The position numbers and the translations under genes were made by a program. From Schmidtea polychroa (taxonomy: Eukaryota), in NCBI GenBank assembly GCA_044892525.1, contig CM097887.1, positions 127,884,397-127,948,396 on the forward strand: 64,000 bases of DNA. Reading direction: 5' to 3'. Positions 38,941 to 51,731 of the stretch are shown in pieces (the stretch's first letter is position 1; every line of letters starts with the position of its first letter). Below the pieces are notes generated by a model, which was given only the letters and a program-made list of their open reading frames with translations, was not told the DNA's origin and made no database searches.

Positions 38941-39127
38941 ATTTTTTTACCAGATAAATTCTTAAAGATTTCGTCAAATGGAATAATTTTTGACCGAAAT
39001 TCTAATTTTCACAATGGTATATATACTGAATTTTCTACTAACTAATTTAATAATTCTCTTTTATATGAATATTTATGAAACTTATTTATTTTATATCATA
39101 TATTATTGTTTATATTATGCTATAGAC

Positions 39128-39839
39128 CAACGGTGGGCAAATGCGGCTCTTAGAGCCGCATGCGGCTCTTCGTTGAGTAAACTGCGGCTCATTGATAATT
39201 GAATTCTTGATAATCGAATTCGATTTTATAAATCTACATTTGCATTTTTTGTGAACCCATTTATTTGTGATATTATTGAAGATGGATTTCCAATTTCTGA
39301 AGTAATACTTGTTAAAAAAGCGGTTGGGGAATTGGAGTTATTAGATATGAAAGAGGACCAGGCTTTGCAAATGCACCATAAATCTACTTCTATAGTTGAA
39401 TTTTGGAAACTCGTACCAGAGGCAAAATATCCACACTTAAAACAAGCTGCTTGCCGTCTAATTTCAATTTTTGGTACAACATATTGTTGTGAATCTTTGT
39501 ACTCCACAATGAAGTTCGTAAAGTCGAAATATCGTTCACAGTTGACCAATCAGCATCTTACAGAATTGCTGCGAACAGCTTTAACAAAGTATACACCAAA
39601 TTTCAAAGATTTGACCAAAAGTCTTCGTTAATTCAAGAAATTTTATTACTTTTTATTAATGGATTTTTATGTTTGTTACTTAATGTTTGAAATAATTATT
39701 TTGTTTTTTTTTAATAGCGTTTAAGTCTCTTTAATCAAATTAATGAAATAAAAAAAAATATGTACTTTACTATGGTGGCTCTGTAAAAAATAAATTTTCG
39801 GAAAATGGCTCTTATTGAACCCATGCGTGCCCACCCTTG
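39128..39839 (+). mobile_element. hAT internal-deletion derivative (SPIN/GTF2IRD2-like, Buster group), 712 bp
   Basis: TIRs CAACGGTGGGCAAA / TGCCCACCCTTG; exact TSD CTATAGAC. ORF 39251-39631 is the transposase C-terminal dimerisation domain (KYPHLKQAACRLISIFGTTYCCESLYSTMKFVKSKYRSQLT). Confidence 0.93.
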
Positions 39840-40009
39840 CTATAGACTGTAAAAATAGAAATGGAGATTTTGGAAAAGTTCGAATGATATAAAAATAAAA
39901 TACAATATAGAAAAATAAAGACATAATATACATTGCTAAAGTAATGATTATTGTCAGTTATTGTTTTATTAAGTAACACAGAAACCATAAAAAGTATCGT
40001 CACAATTAC

Positions 40010-40514
40010 TAGGGCATAGCCGACTTTTGATCCGGAAATTGGTTTCTGCAAGATTTTGACCAAACCGATTAACTGGTGTTGGCACCAACGCGAAAGACCA
40101 ATCAAAATAACAAAAAGAACGTGTTTTTAACAATTAAAATGAAACATAAAAATATTTGTAGTAATACAGTATAAAAATCAGCAGACATAAACATAAAACA
40201 ACGCATTCGTGGATATTCAACATTCATCAAACAACAATGTTAAACAACAAACTGAAAACTCGAAACAAGCTCGTAATTTTAATTTAACGATCGTCGATTA
40301 ATGCTGTCACATTTTTATAAAAAAAAGACAATGATTGCTTCCTCTTGGTTTTCTTCTCAATTTGATTTGGTCATTATTCTAGCTTCCAGGCTTCTACCTA
40401 GCGACCTTTAAACAAAGAAAACATCTACAATTAATATTAAAATACAAATTTATGTGACTATGTTTAACTGGATCTATCCGGAATCGGAGGAAAATATCAA
40501 TCGGCTATGCCCTA
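40010..40514. mobile_element. hAT MITE (505 bp), Ac-type TIR
   Basis: TAGGGCATAGCCGA / TCGGCTATGCCCTA perfect 14-bp TIR; exact TSD ACAATTAC (40002-40009, 40515-40522). Confidence 0.92.
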
Positions 40515-41850
40515 ACAATTACTGATTGATTCTGGACTGGGTTTGCACTTTGTATCTGTAATCGTCCTTTATTCTCTGGTCTCTGCGTATACATTCATTT
40601 TATCTTTATTTGGCCCTGTTTTATAGAATTTTTACAACACAAATGCGCCAATGAGTCTTCCCTTGTCATTCGACGCTTCTATCGTATTTTTTATATTTCT
40701 TTCTTTGTCTTTAAGTTTAGATGTACATTGTTTTAGTTCACCATTTATATAGCTCGAGACTTCATTGATCGTTTCCATTATTGAAAATGTTTTGACTATT
40801 TTAGCATTTCAAAGATTCTTTGTCTGATATATAAGCGCGACAGACGATACTGTTTCTATACGGATTTTCTTTACGATTGACTTCACTCTTGATACAAGTT
40901 CTTGAATATTTTCTGAATTATCCTATTTAAAGTTTCCTAGTTTTTGCCGAATAAGGATATTAAAAATCCTTTTGACGAGTTTGTCATCGACGATAGTGAA
41001 GACTTAGGTAATTTTGTTGCAATTGTCGATTAGTTGAAAAGTCGAAGGATCGTATGGGAGAGAGAGAATTTCTAGTTCATCTTCTTTCCTCATATTGGAT
41101 TTCCTCAAAAAAAGTTATCGTCATGCGTTTCCAGGAGGCATATAGCTCGTTTGGAAAAGGTTTTTTGTAAATTTTGGTATCCATTTCATTAAATATTAAA
41201 ATTAATCTAATAAATTTCATAACATTAATATATGTTGATTACAGACATTATAATATGTTGGTTTTTCTGGTACAGTTAGGCGTGATTCATGTTGAAATTA
41301 CAAACGACTTTTTAATTTATGTTAAAATTTTACTAATTTATAATTTTTTTTTAAATCTAGAGGACCGAAAAAGTTTGGTGGATATAGTTCTGGATCGGGT
41401 ATATTAATATAGTTTCATTAATTAGTTAATCTCGTTTTCCAGCGCCATATTGTCCTCCAGGTGCCGGTGGATGAGGTTAATTATGAAACATTTCTCTGCA
41501 TTCTGCATTGATTGAGATGTTTCATTGTTATATAATTACTTCAATTCGACTCTGCTTTATTTAGTTATGATATGATGCCGGAAACCTGAAATTTTCAGAC
41601 TGGCATTATTGATGCTGCTAAATATATTTATTTCGTTAACAATTTATTTCACTGTAAATTATTCTCTTCAGAATGTGATTGAGACTGGGTGTTGACGTTG
41701 AATGCTGGATAAAATATATATATTCCTTTGGTATGAAGATTTGGAAAATTTTTTTCTTTTGAAATGTTTTGAAATGTAGCATATAAATAAATAATGTCAT
41801 AATTGTAAATTAGAATCTTCTTTATTGATATACGTTTAAAGTTACTATAA

Positions 41851-42405
41851 GCCGCTAGGGTTAGAATAGTCGAATATGGAAGCCAAAAAAATCGTCGCCT
41901 AAGAAAGAAAGCTTTAATTGGTTAAAATCGTCGCCAATGTTGAAACCCGAAAAAATCGTCGAAAATGTAGTACAAAAAAATAGCCGACAATATGAAATCC
42001 TAAAAAATAGTTTTTCCTATGTGTTCCCGATGGATTTTTAAATTGAAACTTTGCAGAGAAGTAATCCGTCACTTTTTTACTTAGATTCCGTTGAAAAATT
42101 TACCAAAAAATATATAGTAGTAGACTATCTGACAGGAAGTTTTGTCCCCCTAGGGGTACAGCGTCTAAGGGTATACGTACATTCAACAACCGCACACCCC
42201 CACCCCCCCGACAGTACGGAAAATTTATAATAACTAACTTTTATTAGTTGACTTTTTCCACAAAATAATTTGAATTAAATTGTCGACGATTTTTTTGGGA
42301 TTTGTTGAATGTCGGTTATTTTTTTGGGTTTGCAGTCGGCTAATTTTTCACGATCTGTCGACTTTTTTTTGACTTCCATATTCGACTAATCTGACTTTTA
42401 CCGGC
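41851..42405. mobile_element. PIF/Harbinger-type MITE (555 bp)
   Basis: ~40-bp imperfect TIR (GCCG..TAGTCGAATATGGAAG / CTTCCATATTCGACTA..CGGC); TAA on both sides; internal AAAAAATCGTCG-like repeats in both orientations. Confidence 0.7.
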
Positions 42406-42490
42406 TAAATTTTGAATGACAAGTGAATTAGATTTATTTCCATGAAGTCTAAATGAAAATATGAATGAGAGAATTGCAAGTGGTGGCTGC

Positions 42491-42830
42491 TAGTGCTTCT
42501 GATACAGGTATTTCGGTACTGAAAAATTCGATACCGGTATTGATTTTTTAATGTGAATAAAAAGTAAAAATTGACAGTACTTCAATAAACCTTTTTATTT
42601 GATATCAAAATTACAGGCTTTTTTCAATTTGCGCCCCTTTTCCTTTGTAAAATATGCCCGTAAAAAAAGGGTATTCAGAGTGTTATCAACAAGAGATGAT
42701 CGTAATTTGGTGACAATGTTGCCACTTGATGAAAATCCACGTTCCGATTCAACACTTGTTGGCTTTATAGTTCTCAAGTATTCGTAAGAGTTTCGAAAAT
42801 TGCAATCTCCTTGCGGATTGATTTTGAGAA
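42491..42830 (-). mobile_element. hAT (Ac/ZBED1-like) 3' end with dimerisation-domain remnant
   Basis: TIR-like TAGTGCTTCTGATAC with ATACCGGTAT subterminal repeats; MRTIKPTSVESERGFSSSGNIVTKLRSSL. Confidence 0.7.
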
Positions 42831-44476
42831 ATCTTTCGAAAGGTTCAATCTTGCCTTGTTAAATTTAATAATAAGTAGGTGTCAATAACAAAATGTCATA
42901 TATAATAACACTATATGAATATATTTTATAACATTAATAAAAACATCTGTCTTAATAAGCTTTAAAAATTAATATAAAAATTATATAATATTATTGCTAT
43001 ATGAATATATTTTAACATAAATGAAAAACATCTGTAAAATATATTAAATATTATTCTGTGCGTATAGGCCGGAAATAAAATATTTTATTTATTAAGTTTT
43101 AAAAACAGTATATATACCCCAATAATATTTAGAACAATCGCCCAAAAATCAAGACACTTATTCGAAGGTTAATCCTGAGAATATCATAAAACCAGAATCA
43201 GACAGAAACAATTCACATTTTGACCTAATTTACTAAGACAGCACGCACTATATAACATAGAACAAAAACACATACTTTACAAGCATCCAGAAAGAAACGT
43301 TTGATTAAAAGGAATCTTCAACTGTTAATTTATTTATCAAGAAAAATCAGCAAATTGTTAATTTTATAATTGCTAAATTCTATTTATAATAAATATTTAT
43401 ATTGAGACTTGTGTTTTATCTATATAAGAAACAGCAAAGTTTAGTCTCTCAAATATTGAGACCTCAACAGATAAATCAATCTCTTCACCACATTTCTCTT
43501 ATACTTAAATTCACAAAAGCTTTGGGACGAAGTATAGAGACCAGAATCAGTTTTGCGCCCCTTTTCCTTTGTAAAATATGCCCGTAAAAAAAGGGTATTC
43601 AGAGTGTTATCAACAAGAGATGATCGTAATTTGGTGACAATGTTGCCACTTGATGAAAATCCACGTTCCGATTCAACACTTGTTGGCTTTATAGTTCTCA
43701 AGTATTCGTAAGAGTTTCGAAAATTGCAATCTCCTTGCGGATTGATTTTGAGAAATCTTTCGAAAGGTTCAATCTTGCCTTGTTAAATTTAATAATAAGT
43801 AGGTGTCAATAACAAAATGTCATATATAATAACACTATATGAATATATTTTATAACATTAATAAAAACATCTGTCTTAATAAGCTTTAAAAATTAATATA
43901 CAAATTATATAATATTATTGCTATATGAATATATTTTAACATAAATGAAAAACATCTGTAAAATATATTAAATATTATTCTGTGCGTATAGGCCGGAAAT
44001 AAAATATTTTATTTATTAAGTTTTAAAAACAGTATATATACCCCAATAATATTTAGAACAATCGCCCAAAAATCAAGACACTTATTCGAAGGTTAATCCT
44101 GAGAATATCATAAAACCAGAATCAGACAGAAACAATTCACATTTTGACCTAATTTACTAAGACAGCACGCACTATATAACATAGAACAAAAACACATACT
44201 TTACAAGCATCCAGAAAGAAACGTTTGATTAAAAGGAATCTTCAACTGTTAATTTATTTATCAAGAAAAATCAGCAAATTGTTAATTTTATAATTGCTAA
44301 ATTCTATTTATAATAAATATTTATATTGAGACTTGTGTTTTATCTATATAAGAAACAGCAAAGTTTAGTCTCTCAAATATTGAGACCTCAACAGATAAAT
44401 CAATCTCTTCACCACATTTCTCTTATACTTAAATTCACAAAAGCTTTGGGACGAAGTATAGAGACCAGAATCAGTT
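42629..44476. repeat. 924-bp near-perfect tandem duplication (42629-43552 / 43553-44476)
   Basis: Both copies begin TTGCGCCCCTTTTCC and end GAGACCAGAATCAGTT; by eye only one difference (taaaaattat vs tacaaattat). Confidence 0.95.
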
Positions 44477-45946
44477 GGGTTTCTATAAATCTGTGTCTCA
44501 TAGTTTTTCTCAATATACCGAGGAAACAGTCAGGCAAATCGATTAGGTTGAGGCGTTGGTCATACAATGTCACCGTATGTAGTCGATATGATTTCGGCCT
44601 GATCATGTTTATATGTTCAAGAATCAAATCGAGGTACTGCGGAAACAGCTTGACGAATCACACGTGGATTTTTTGGGACTAATGATGATTATTCTAGAGC
44701 AAGCCTAAGATTTCAAGCTTTTGAGCCTCAATTACCATTCAGCCCAGAACCCATGTAAATGAAGAGAGAACTGTTTCCGGTAACTCTAATCGTAGTTCCA
44801 GTGACTGCTACCTTACTAATTGTTCTTCCAGTGGCAGGAAAAAAGCCCTTTCGACAATCATTGCCGAAAGAAATCGCATTAGTTAATCGCATTGGCTAAT
44901 AGGATAAATGCGGAGTTTTTTCAATTTTATGGATGTTCCGCAATGACGATTTGATTTTATAAGAAATATAATTCTTGTTATTTAATTATTATTATTATGA
45001 TTCGAAGATCAGTGATCACAAGAGAGAAGCGAGAGTTAGATTTCGGTTATCAGTCAATGCAAAACTTGAACAAGCTAGTTAAACTATCCATGGGTGAGAA
45101 AAATGAGAGTTAGAGTGTTACACCTTGTAACTCGAGACGCACCAGGACATCATCATCTCTAAAATAGGGCTCACTTTTTTCTGCCAGCCCTTAATAACGT
45201 ACAGATCGAACGTTACTTGCAACAGAGGGATGTAGGGTTAAATTTCTGTGGTAATGAGGAGAATTTATGAACAACGGGATTCACTACAACAATGACAGTC
45301 AGCAAATTTCAATCTCACTAACAATAAAATTATAGCCGATAACCCCATAAAGAGAAATATCAGACTACAACGGGGGGATTTTTAACGAACTTAGCGCTAT
45401 TGCGTACATGTTTTTCTACTTAATAATACTAATCGAAAATTAACTTTTCAAATCACAGCATAAATATAACAATAATTAATTAAAATTTTATGTAACTTAT
45501 TATTTCTACAGTTCATTAGTGCAACAATTTTTAGAAAAAACCTTAAAATTGTTATAATTCAAAACCACTTCTTTGAATCAACGTTCTTTCTAAGTTGTAA
45601 TGAGACAAACAAGTTTCAGACTACTTATTATTAGGCTTAATATCTTTTTATACTTTGTTTTAATAATGATTAAATTAATTTAACACAATTAATTTTCACA
45701 TAATTAATTTTTACAATTATTATATGTAAGCATACATTTTTTAATATTGATATTTAATTGTAGTTCGAGTAACTGTATAGTAGTTAGTGTATGTCACCTA
45801 AGTAATTCAAACACTGGTTTGTTAAAGCAAATGAAATGTCTCCACAATCATTTATTTAAAATTCTAATATATTAATAATTTTGAATTATTTTATATTACC
45901 ATAATATTTTAATTAAATCTAATTTTGATGAAATTATAAATTTTAG

Positions 45947-46659
45947 ATGGGTGATCATGTTCATTCCAAAACTTGTGGTTGTGACCATTCCAATCCCAAT
46001 GAAGATAGTCAAAGTTTATATTCATATATTAACAAAAGTGGTATAATCTGTCTTAATGAGTCTGTTCCAGAAAGTGGACAAAAAGTTTTCAAACCACATG
46101 ATGTATAATTTGATTTCATTTGTTTAATGATTATTATTTAAAGGAAAGGAAAACTAATTTAAATTATGTTCAAAGTGATAGTGACGAAGAACTTCTTTTC
46201 ATTATTCCTTTTACAAGCAACGTTAAAGTAACTGGATTAATTATATCCGGAAATGACGATAATCAGCATCCTAAATCGGTATCCCTTTACAAAGACCGTT
46301 ATTCAATAAATTTTGATTCTGTAGAAGTAGTGTTTATTTATTCCTTTTTATTTATTCCTTTTTAATTATTATTTTTTTTCAACACACAGAATCCTGAACA
46401 GACTATAGAATTAGTTCCAGATTCAAATGGTGACATAGTATACGACCTAAAACCAACGAAGTTTTCATCATTAAGCCATCTAAGTATTTACGTGCGTAGC
46501 AATTTTGGGGGTGATGTTACTCAAATTAATTATATCGGATTGAAAGGCAAATTTATGACACCATTTCGAAAATTAAACACAGTGAATGCAGTTTATGAAT
46601 TAAAGCCAACAGCGACTGACAACAAAGTCCAGTCATTTGTGAATCAATTCATTGACTAG
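45947..46659 (+). CDS. PITHD1: PITH domain-containing protein 1, 202 aa; exons 45947-46102, 46144-46326, 46390-46659
   Basis: Spliced translation MGDHVHSKTCGCDH...LNESVPESGQKVFKPHD|ERK..VQSDSDEELLFIIPFTSNVKVTGLII..HPKSVSLY..INFDSVE|NPEQTIEL..KFSSLSHLSIYVRSNFGGDVTQINYIGLKG..YELKP..ID*. The His/Cys N-terminus, SDxDEELL and YIGLxG are typical of PITHD1. Introns are 41 and 63 nt, GT-AG, phase 0. The second donor could lie 6 nt earlier. Confidence 0.93.
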
Positions 46660-47196
46660 TTCAAATTCTAAATTTCTGATTGGTTGATTAAATTAATATA
46701 TTGCATTTGTTATTGTGTTATTTATATTACTTTCATAAATCAGGCAAATATTCTCGATTTCTGATTGGTTGATGGGATTAATATATTCAGATTCCAGCAA
46801 TTACGATATTTATAACGCTAAATGATTTATTTATTACGCCAACAAATAAAAATGTTTTTAAATAAATTTAAATTAAATAACAATGACAAAGTTTGATCGA
46901 TAAGAATTCAGTTATTATAATCACATTCAAATGGCCATTAGCATTTATTGAATATTTTCTAACGTTTAAATATTTCGGATTTGACGATAATTAATACTTT
47001 TGATCCGAAATCTATCGATTTTTAATAATCGTATTAAAGCTGATCTGATACCATTGAATCATACTGAGGGGTTCTAATCCCACTCCTCACCTTGAGAACC
47101 AAATGGTATTTGTTTGGAAAAACCAACAATAAAGGTTGGGAATCGATACAGATTTTAGAGAAAGCAATTCTAGCAGTCCTTAATATAATGCGCGTT

Positions 47197-47392
47197 CAGG
47201 GTCGGATTATCTCTTTTGGGGCCCCTGCTTGTCATTTTTACTTTCTCGTGCAAAATTTTAATATTTTATATTCGGAGAATTGTTTCTTTATTTGGAAATG
47301 CAATTTCCATATTTTTTCTTTAATCATACTATATATATAACAATTGCTCACTCGGACAATTTTTTTTTGGGGACCTAACCTATCCTGCACTG
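47197..47392. mobile_element. old hAT MITE (~196 bp)
   Basis: Degenerate TIRs CAGGGTCGGATT / ATCCTGCACTG; 8-bp flanks TGCGCGTT / TGTACGTT (6/8 match). Confidence 0.5.
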
Positions 47393-47599
47393 TGTACGTT
47401 CAAGTAATTAGGAAACATCTGTTGGGTAGGAAAGTACCAGAAAATCAAAGATGGATATTAGCAGTAACATGATATAAAAAGGTTATATAAATGACAGCAA
47501 ATTTGAAATAAAAAAATTAATTTTGAATTTGAAAACAGTGGACCAAATATTTGTAATAATTGATAATGTATCTCATTGTTTTATTGAATTGAGAAAAAT

Positions 47600-48900
47600 T
47601 GACTATTATTGTCAACCAAATAAAAGTTAACAAATTCCATTTATATTCAAAATGCTTCTTTGATCTGCATATTCATAGCCTAGTGTCCAATGCAATTGCG
47701 GAGTCGGGTAGGTATAAATCTAAATGACGACCTCGCCCCTATAGCTACCACGAAAAAGCATATTTTAGTGCACTCGAATGATATCCATCACTAGGTGACG
47801 TTGGTAGAGTATCAAGTAGTTTAAAGTTTAAATCAAAATGAGTTGTGTTTTCCATGACTGTTGTGCCTAATACTATATGGATTCGTAAAAATCTATGACT
47901 CCAGGCTTCATTTAAAGTTTTCCATTTTTTATGTTTTGAACTGAAAATATTATAAAATTTTTAATTGGTCCGAAAAAAATGTAATTGGCTCAATACAAGC
48001 TATGGCTGAGTGTACGTCACAAAAACTGAGCGCATGACAAAGAGAAAATGCTGCAAAAGTGTTTGTTTCAAAATTAAACTTTGAACACCTTTATAAGTAT
48101 CACTAAAATGCGCCCCGTTATCATACTCCTGGCCACGGCAATCGCGAATTGGGATTCTTAGTTGATCTATGGTACTATGGTAAATTTTTCAACACCCGTT
48201 TTTTGGTTGCAATTGACAAAATTAAAAAACCGTTTCTTGATTAAAACTTTTCTACTCCATCAAGCAGCAAATAACTTAACATGAAAAACCTGTGTTCCAC
48301 ACGATACGAACCAGGAGTTACGTCTACCATTATTGTATAATATTTTGCTTTTTCTCTTTCTTCAATGATTGCTTTTGTTACATTATCTGCACAGCATTGT
48401 ATAAATTCGCTTTAGCTTTCGGTTGATAAGTAATTTACTTGTAGTCGTTGGTATGCTTGTTGGGATTTTTTACATTATCCAAATGTTTTTTTAATACCTT
48501 GTCATAATGACTTATTAATTCTAAAATTCCTAAGAAGTTACCGTTTCTGAAATCACCTAGCAGAAATATTTTACCTTTAAATGCTAAACTTTTTTCTCCT
48601 ACATATAAACTCATGTCTAAAATTCTATGTATTATTTTTGTCCATTCACGTTCTTGATCCTTAATGCAATTTTGATGTAATGAATTTACAGTTGTTGCCT
48701 TAGGAAACCTTTTCATTTTTGTTGAGTTGAATTCCAGATTTCGAAGCTTAATTCTTAATTTGAGACAAGTAGAAGTTTTATTTAAAAGTTTACAAGGAAC
48801 GCAAAATAACTTGCGTTCCAAACCAGTCAATCGCGACTTACATGTTCACCATTTTGTAAAGTTATTTTAAGTAAATTAATTGGAAATTTATATTTATTAA
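47600..48900 (-). mobile_element. hAT transposase pseudogene of the ZMYM1/PRKRIR (DUF4371-containing) type
   Basis: LFCVPCKL (TTF-type zinc finger), GDFRNGNFLGILELISHYDKVLKKHL, AKYYTIMVDVTP and LLDTLPTSPS (dimerisation domain); stops and frameshifts. Confidence 0.75.
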
Positions 48901-50270
48901 AATCGATTTCCATCGTTTTTTCATTATCCACAAATTAGATTTTCCATCTGTTTTAATCTTATCTTGTTAGTCCCTTCAAAAACTTAAAATCGAAGTTATA
49001 CTTTAGTTATTTTTATTAAAACATTATTTTTAGTCATTATGTTAATGGAAAATATTAAGTTTAAAATATATTACTTTAATTATTTACATCTTGTATAGTT
49101 TTAGATTTTTCATGTTTAAAAAATTGTTTAACCTGCCACTCGAAATGGGAAAGAAGGCACCATTGAGCTTGATTCAGTCCAACTACCCATGTTACGGTAC
49201 TCCCAGAAAAGTAAACATATTACTCTAAATTAGAAATATTATTTAATTGTTTAAATCACTGTACAACTTTTAATTCAAATTGGTAAAAATATTTTATCAG
49301 TTCAAAGTTTTTAGTAATTATAATATATTTAGCTATTGCAAAAATAAAACAATAAAATCATCAAAAATTAATATAATCTGTCTCAATGTATCCTATTTAT
49401 ATATTTATAAAACTTTTAAGACTTAAAATCATATTAATTATTTAAGATTTTGTTTCTTCTTTCTTTCTATGAAACATATACAACAAAATGAAAAAATATT
49501 ATCAAAATAATTAAAAAATAATTAAATTAAATTATATTAAAAATTTCTTAATGTGCCAAAATCGGAACTCTATATAATGGATAAGTAATTATTTTTGATG
49601 CACTTAAAAAATAAAACTTATTTTGCTATAATGTATTAGATATACTCAATATTACACCGGAAACAAATATTTCTCAATTTATATTAATAATATATTCACA
49701 AAGCAGTATTATCTCTTATTAGGGACTCGAACTTTTGCAATAATTTATTAATGTAATCTATTATTGTATAATTTATTAAAACAAAATATGCTCTAATGTT
49801 TTAATTTAAATTTTGTTTAAATTTAAAATACAATTTATTAAATAATATTTATTCTTTTCTCCTTAGACTCTCTAATGGGTGACTATAGACATTTAACGAT
49901 GCTATTCAATAATAGTGAAAAATATAAAGTGTTTATTTGTAATTTTATTTTTTGTAAAATAAATAGCATTGTAAATATAATTTCAATTTGTTTTCTTTTC
50001 TAATTAACCTTCCAAAATTCAAAACCTATACACATAGCTACATAAAAGTTTTGGAGAAATCGAAAATTTATAACAGACTTTCACTTACAAATTTATTATT
50101 AATTAAGGTTGAGTTTTTTTTTGAGCTGAAAAAATTATCTTTTAAAAAAGGATTGATGATCCCAAAATGTTTAGGAAACTCTGAATTAAATAATCCATTA
50201 AATAAAATTTTTATTGTATAATTAGGTGAGTAGATTTAGGGATAATTTTTGTTTTTTATTGAATTTTTAA

Positions 50271-51150
50271 CCGCTTAAAAGCCGAAAATATTTAGTAAGG
50301 CCGTGTGCTACAGGCCTGAAATTTTCAAGCAACAATAAAAACAAAAAACAATTTATGTCAGATAAAATTCTTGATCTTAGCCTGTAAAATGAATAAAAAT
50401 TCATGCTCGTGTTTACTCTCTTATTTTATATGGCCTACCTGAGCGCGTTGATATGGTAAGACGCAGAAAGAGTTAGTCAGCATATTTTAAGCATATTTTA
50501 GAAGCATATTTTAAAAAAAATCTCATCAAGTAAAAGGGGTTCTAGGAAAAATATTTTGGTGACTAATAATAAAAAATGAACATAAAATTTATTTATTTAT
50601 GACAATACTATTTCATTTAACAAGGTACTATTTCTAGAAAAGTCTTTCAGAAAATTATATTTATAAATAATTTTTCCATAGATTTTGCCTGGGAATTAAC
50701 ATAAATAATATCAAATATTATTTTGCGGAAATCAGTAAATTTTTAGAAATAGTTTCTATTGCTGGTACAAAATGATTAAATGTTCATCTTTACACATCAA
50801 TGAGTTCTGACCTCTATTTATTTTCTGAATGGACAAGGAGTTCCCCAAATTATAAAATCAAATAAAAATTTTCCCGCAAATTTTATCTATTTAAACATAA
50901 AAACTAATCCATATCTATAAAAAAAGTTTATTGTGAAAAATAACTGTTGACCTCTGTACCTTTTCTTCAATCAATTTAGCAAATGTTTCGAAATGGGAAA
51001 TGATCTGTCTTTTGTCCCTTTATTCTCAAAAACACGATTATAAGAGGTTTATTATCATTTACATCACAGACTAGCTGGCGAAATTTTCATCCATAATTCC
51101 ATCTTTGGAGTATTTTTCTATACATTTTATTTATTCTTATTAGACTAAAA
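50271..51150 (-). mobile_element. possible piggyBac transposase remnant
   Basis: Minus strand GQQLFFTINFFIDI resembles the piggyBac GHxLFFDNFFTS motif; TTAA|CCGCTT end at ~50268. Confidence 0.3.
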
Positions 51151-51731
51151 TTTTTATTTCTTAGAATTGATATTCTGGAAAATTAGTTCAATACTCAAAT
51201 AATTTTTCAGTTTTATTGGCTTTGAATGCAATTTCTATCAATAAGATTTTATATAGAAATTGATAAGGATATTTAATAATAATATTTAATATTAATATTT
51301 AATAATAAAATTCACTCGATCAATTAAAACAAATGTTAATTTTTTTGAATTATACAATGAATTTAAACTATTAAGTAACTTAGGTATTAGGAAATTTTTT
51401 TTATGAGTAATATTGTAGGTCTGTTATGATTTCTATTTATAGTTTACCCCTTATCTATGTCCATGTTCTCACGGGCCCATTATTACAAATTAATATCTGA
51501 ATCAGGAATTTTATACAATTGTTGTAACAATTATTTTAACAAATCCGGACATAAATTTTCAAATAATTCAATTAAATACATTTTTTAATGCTTTATAAAA
51601 TTCCTTTTAATTAACAAATATCTCTTAAAATTAGTTTAATTTTATGAAGAGCAGCTAACTTTAATTCTATTTTTAAATGTCATATATGATGTAATCGTAG
51701 TTTGAGTATTCGAAGAACCTAATGTCTAAAG

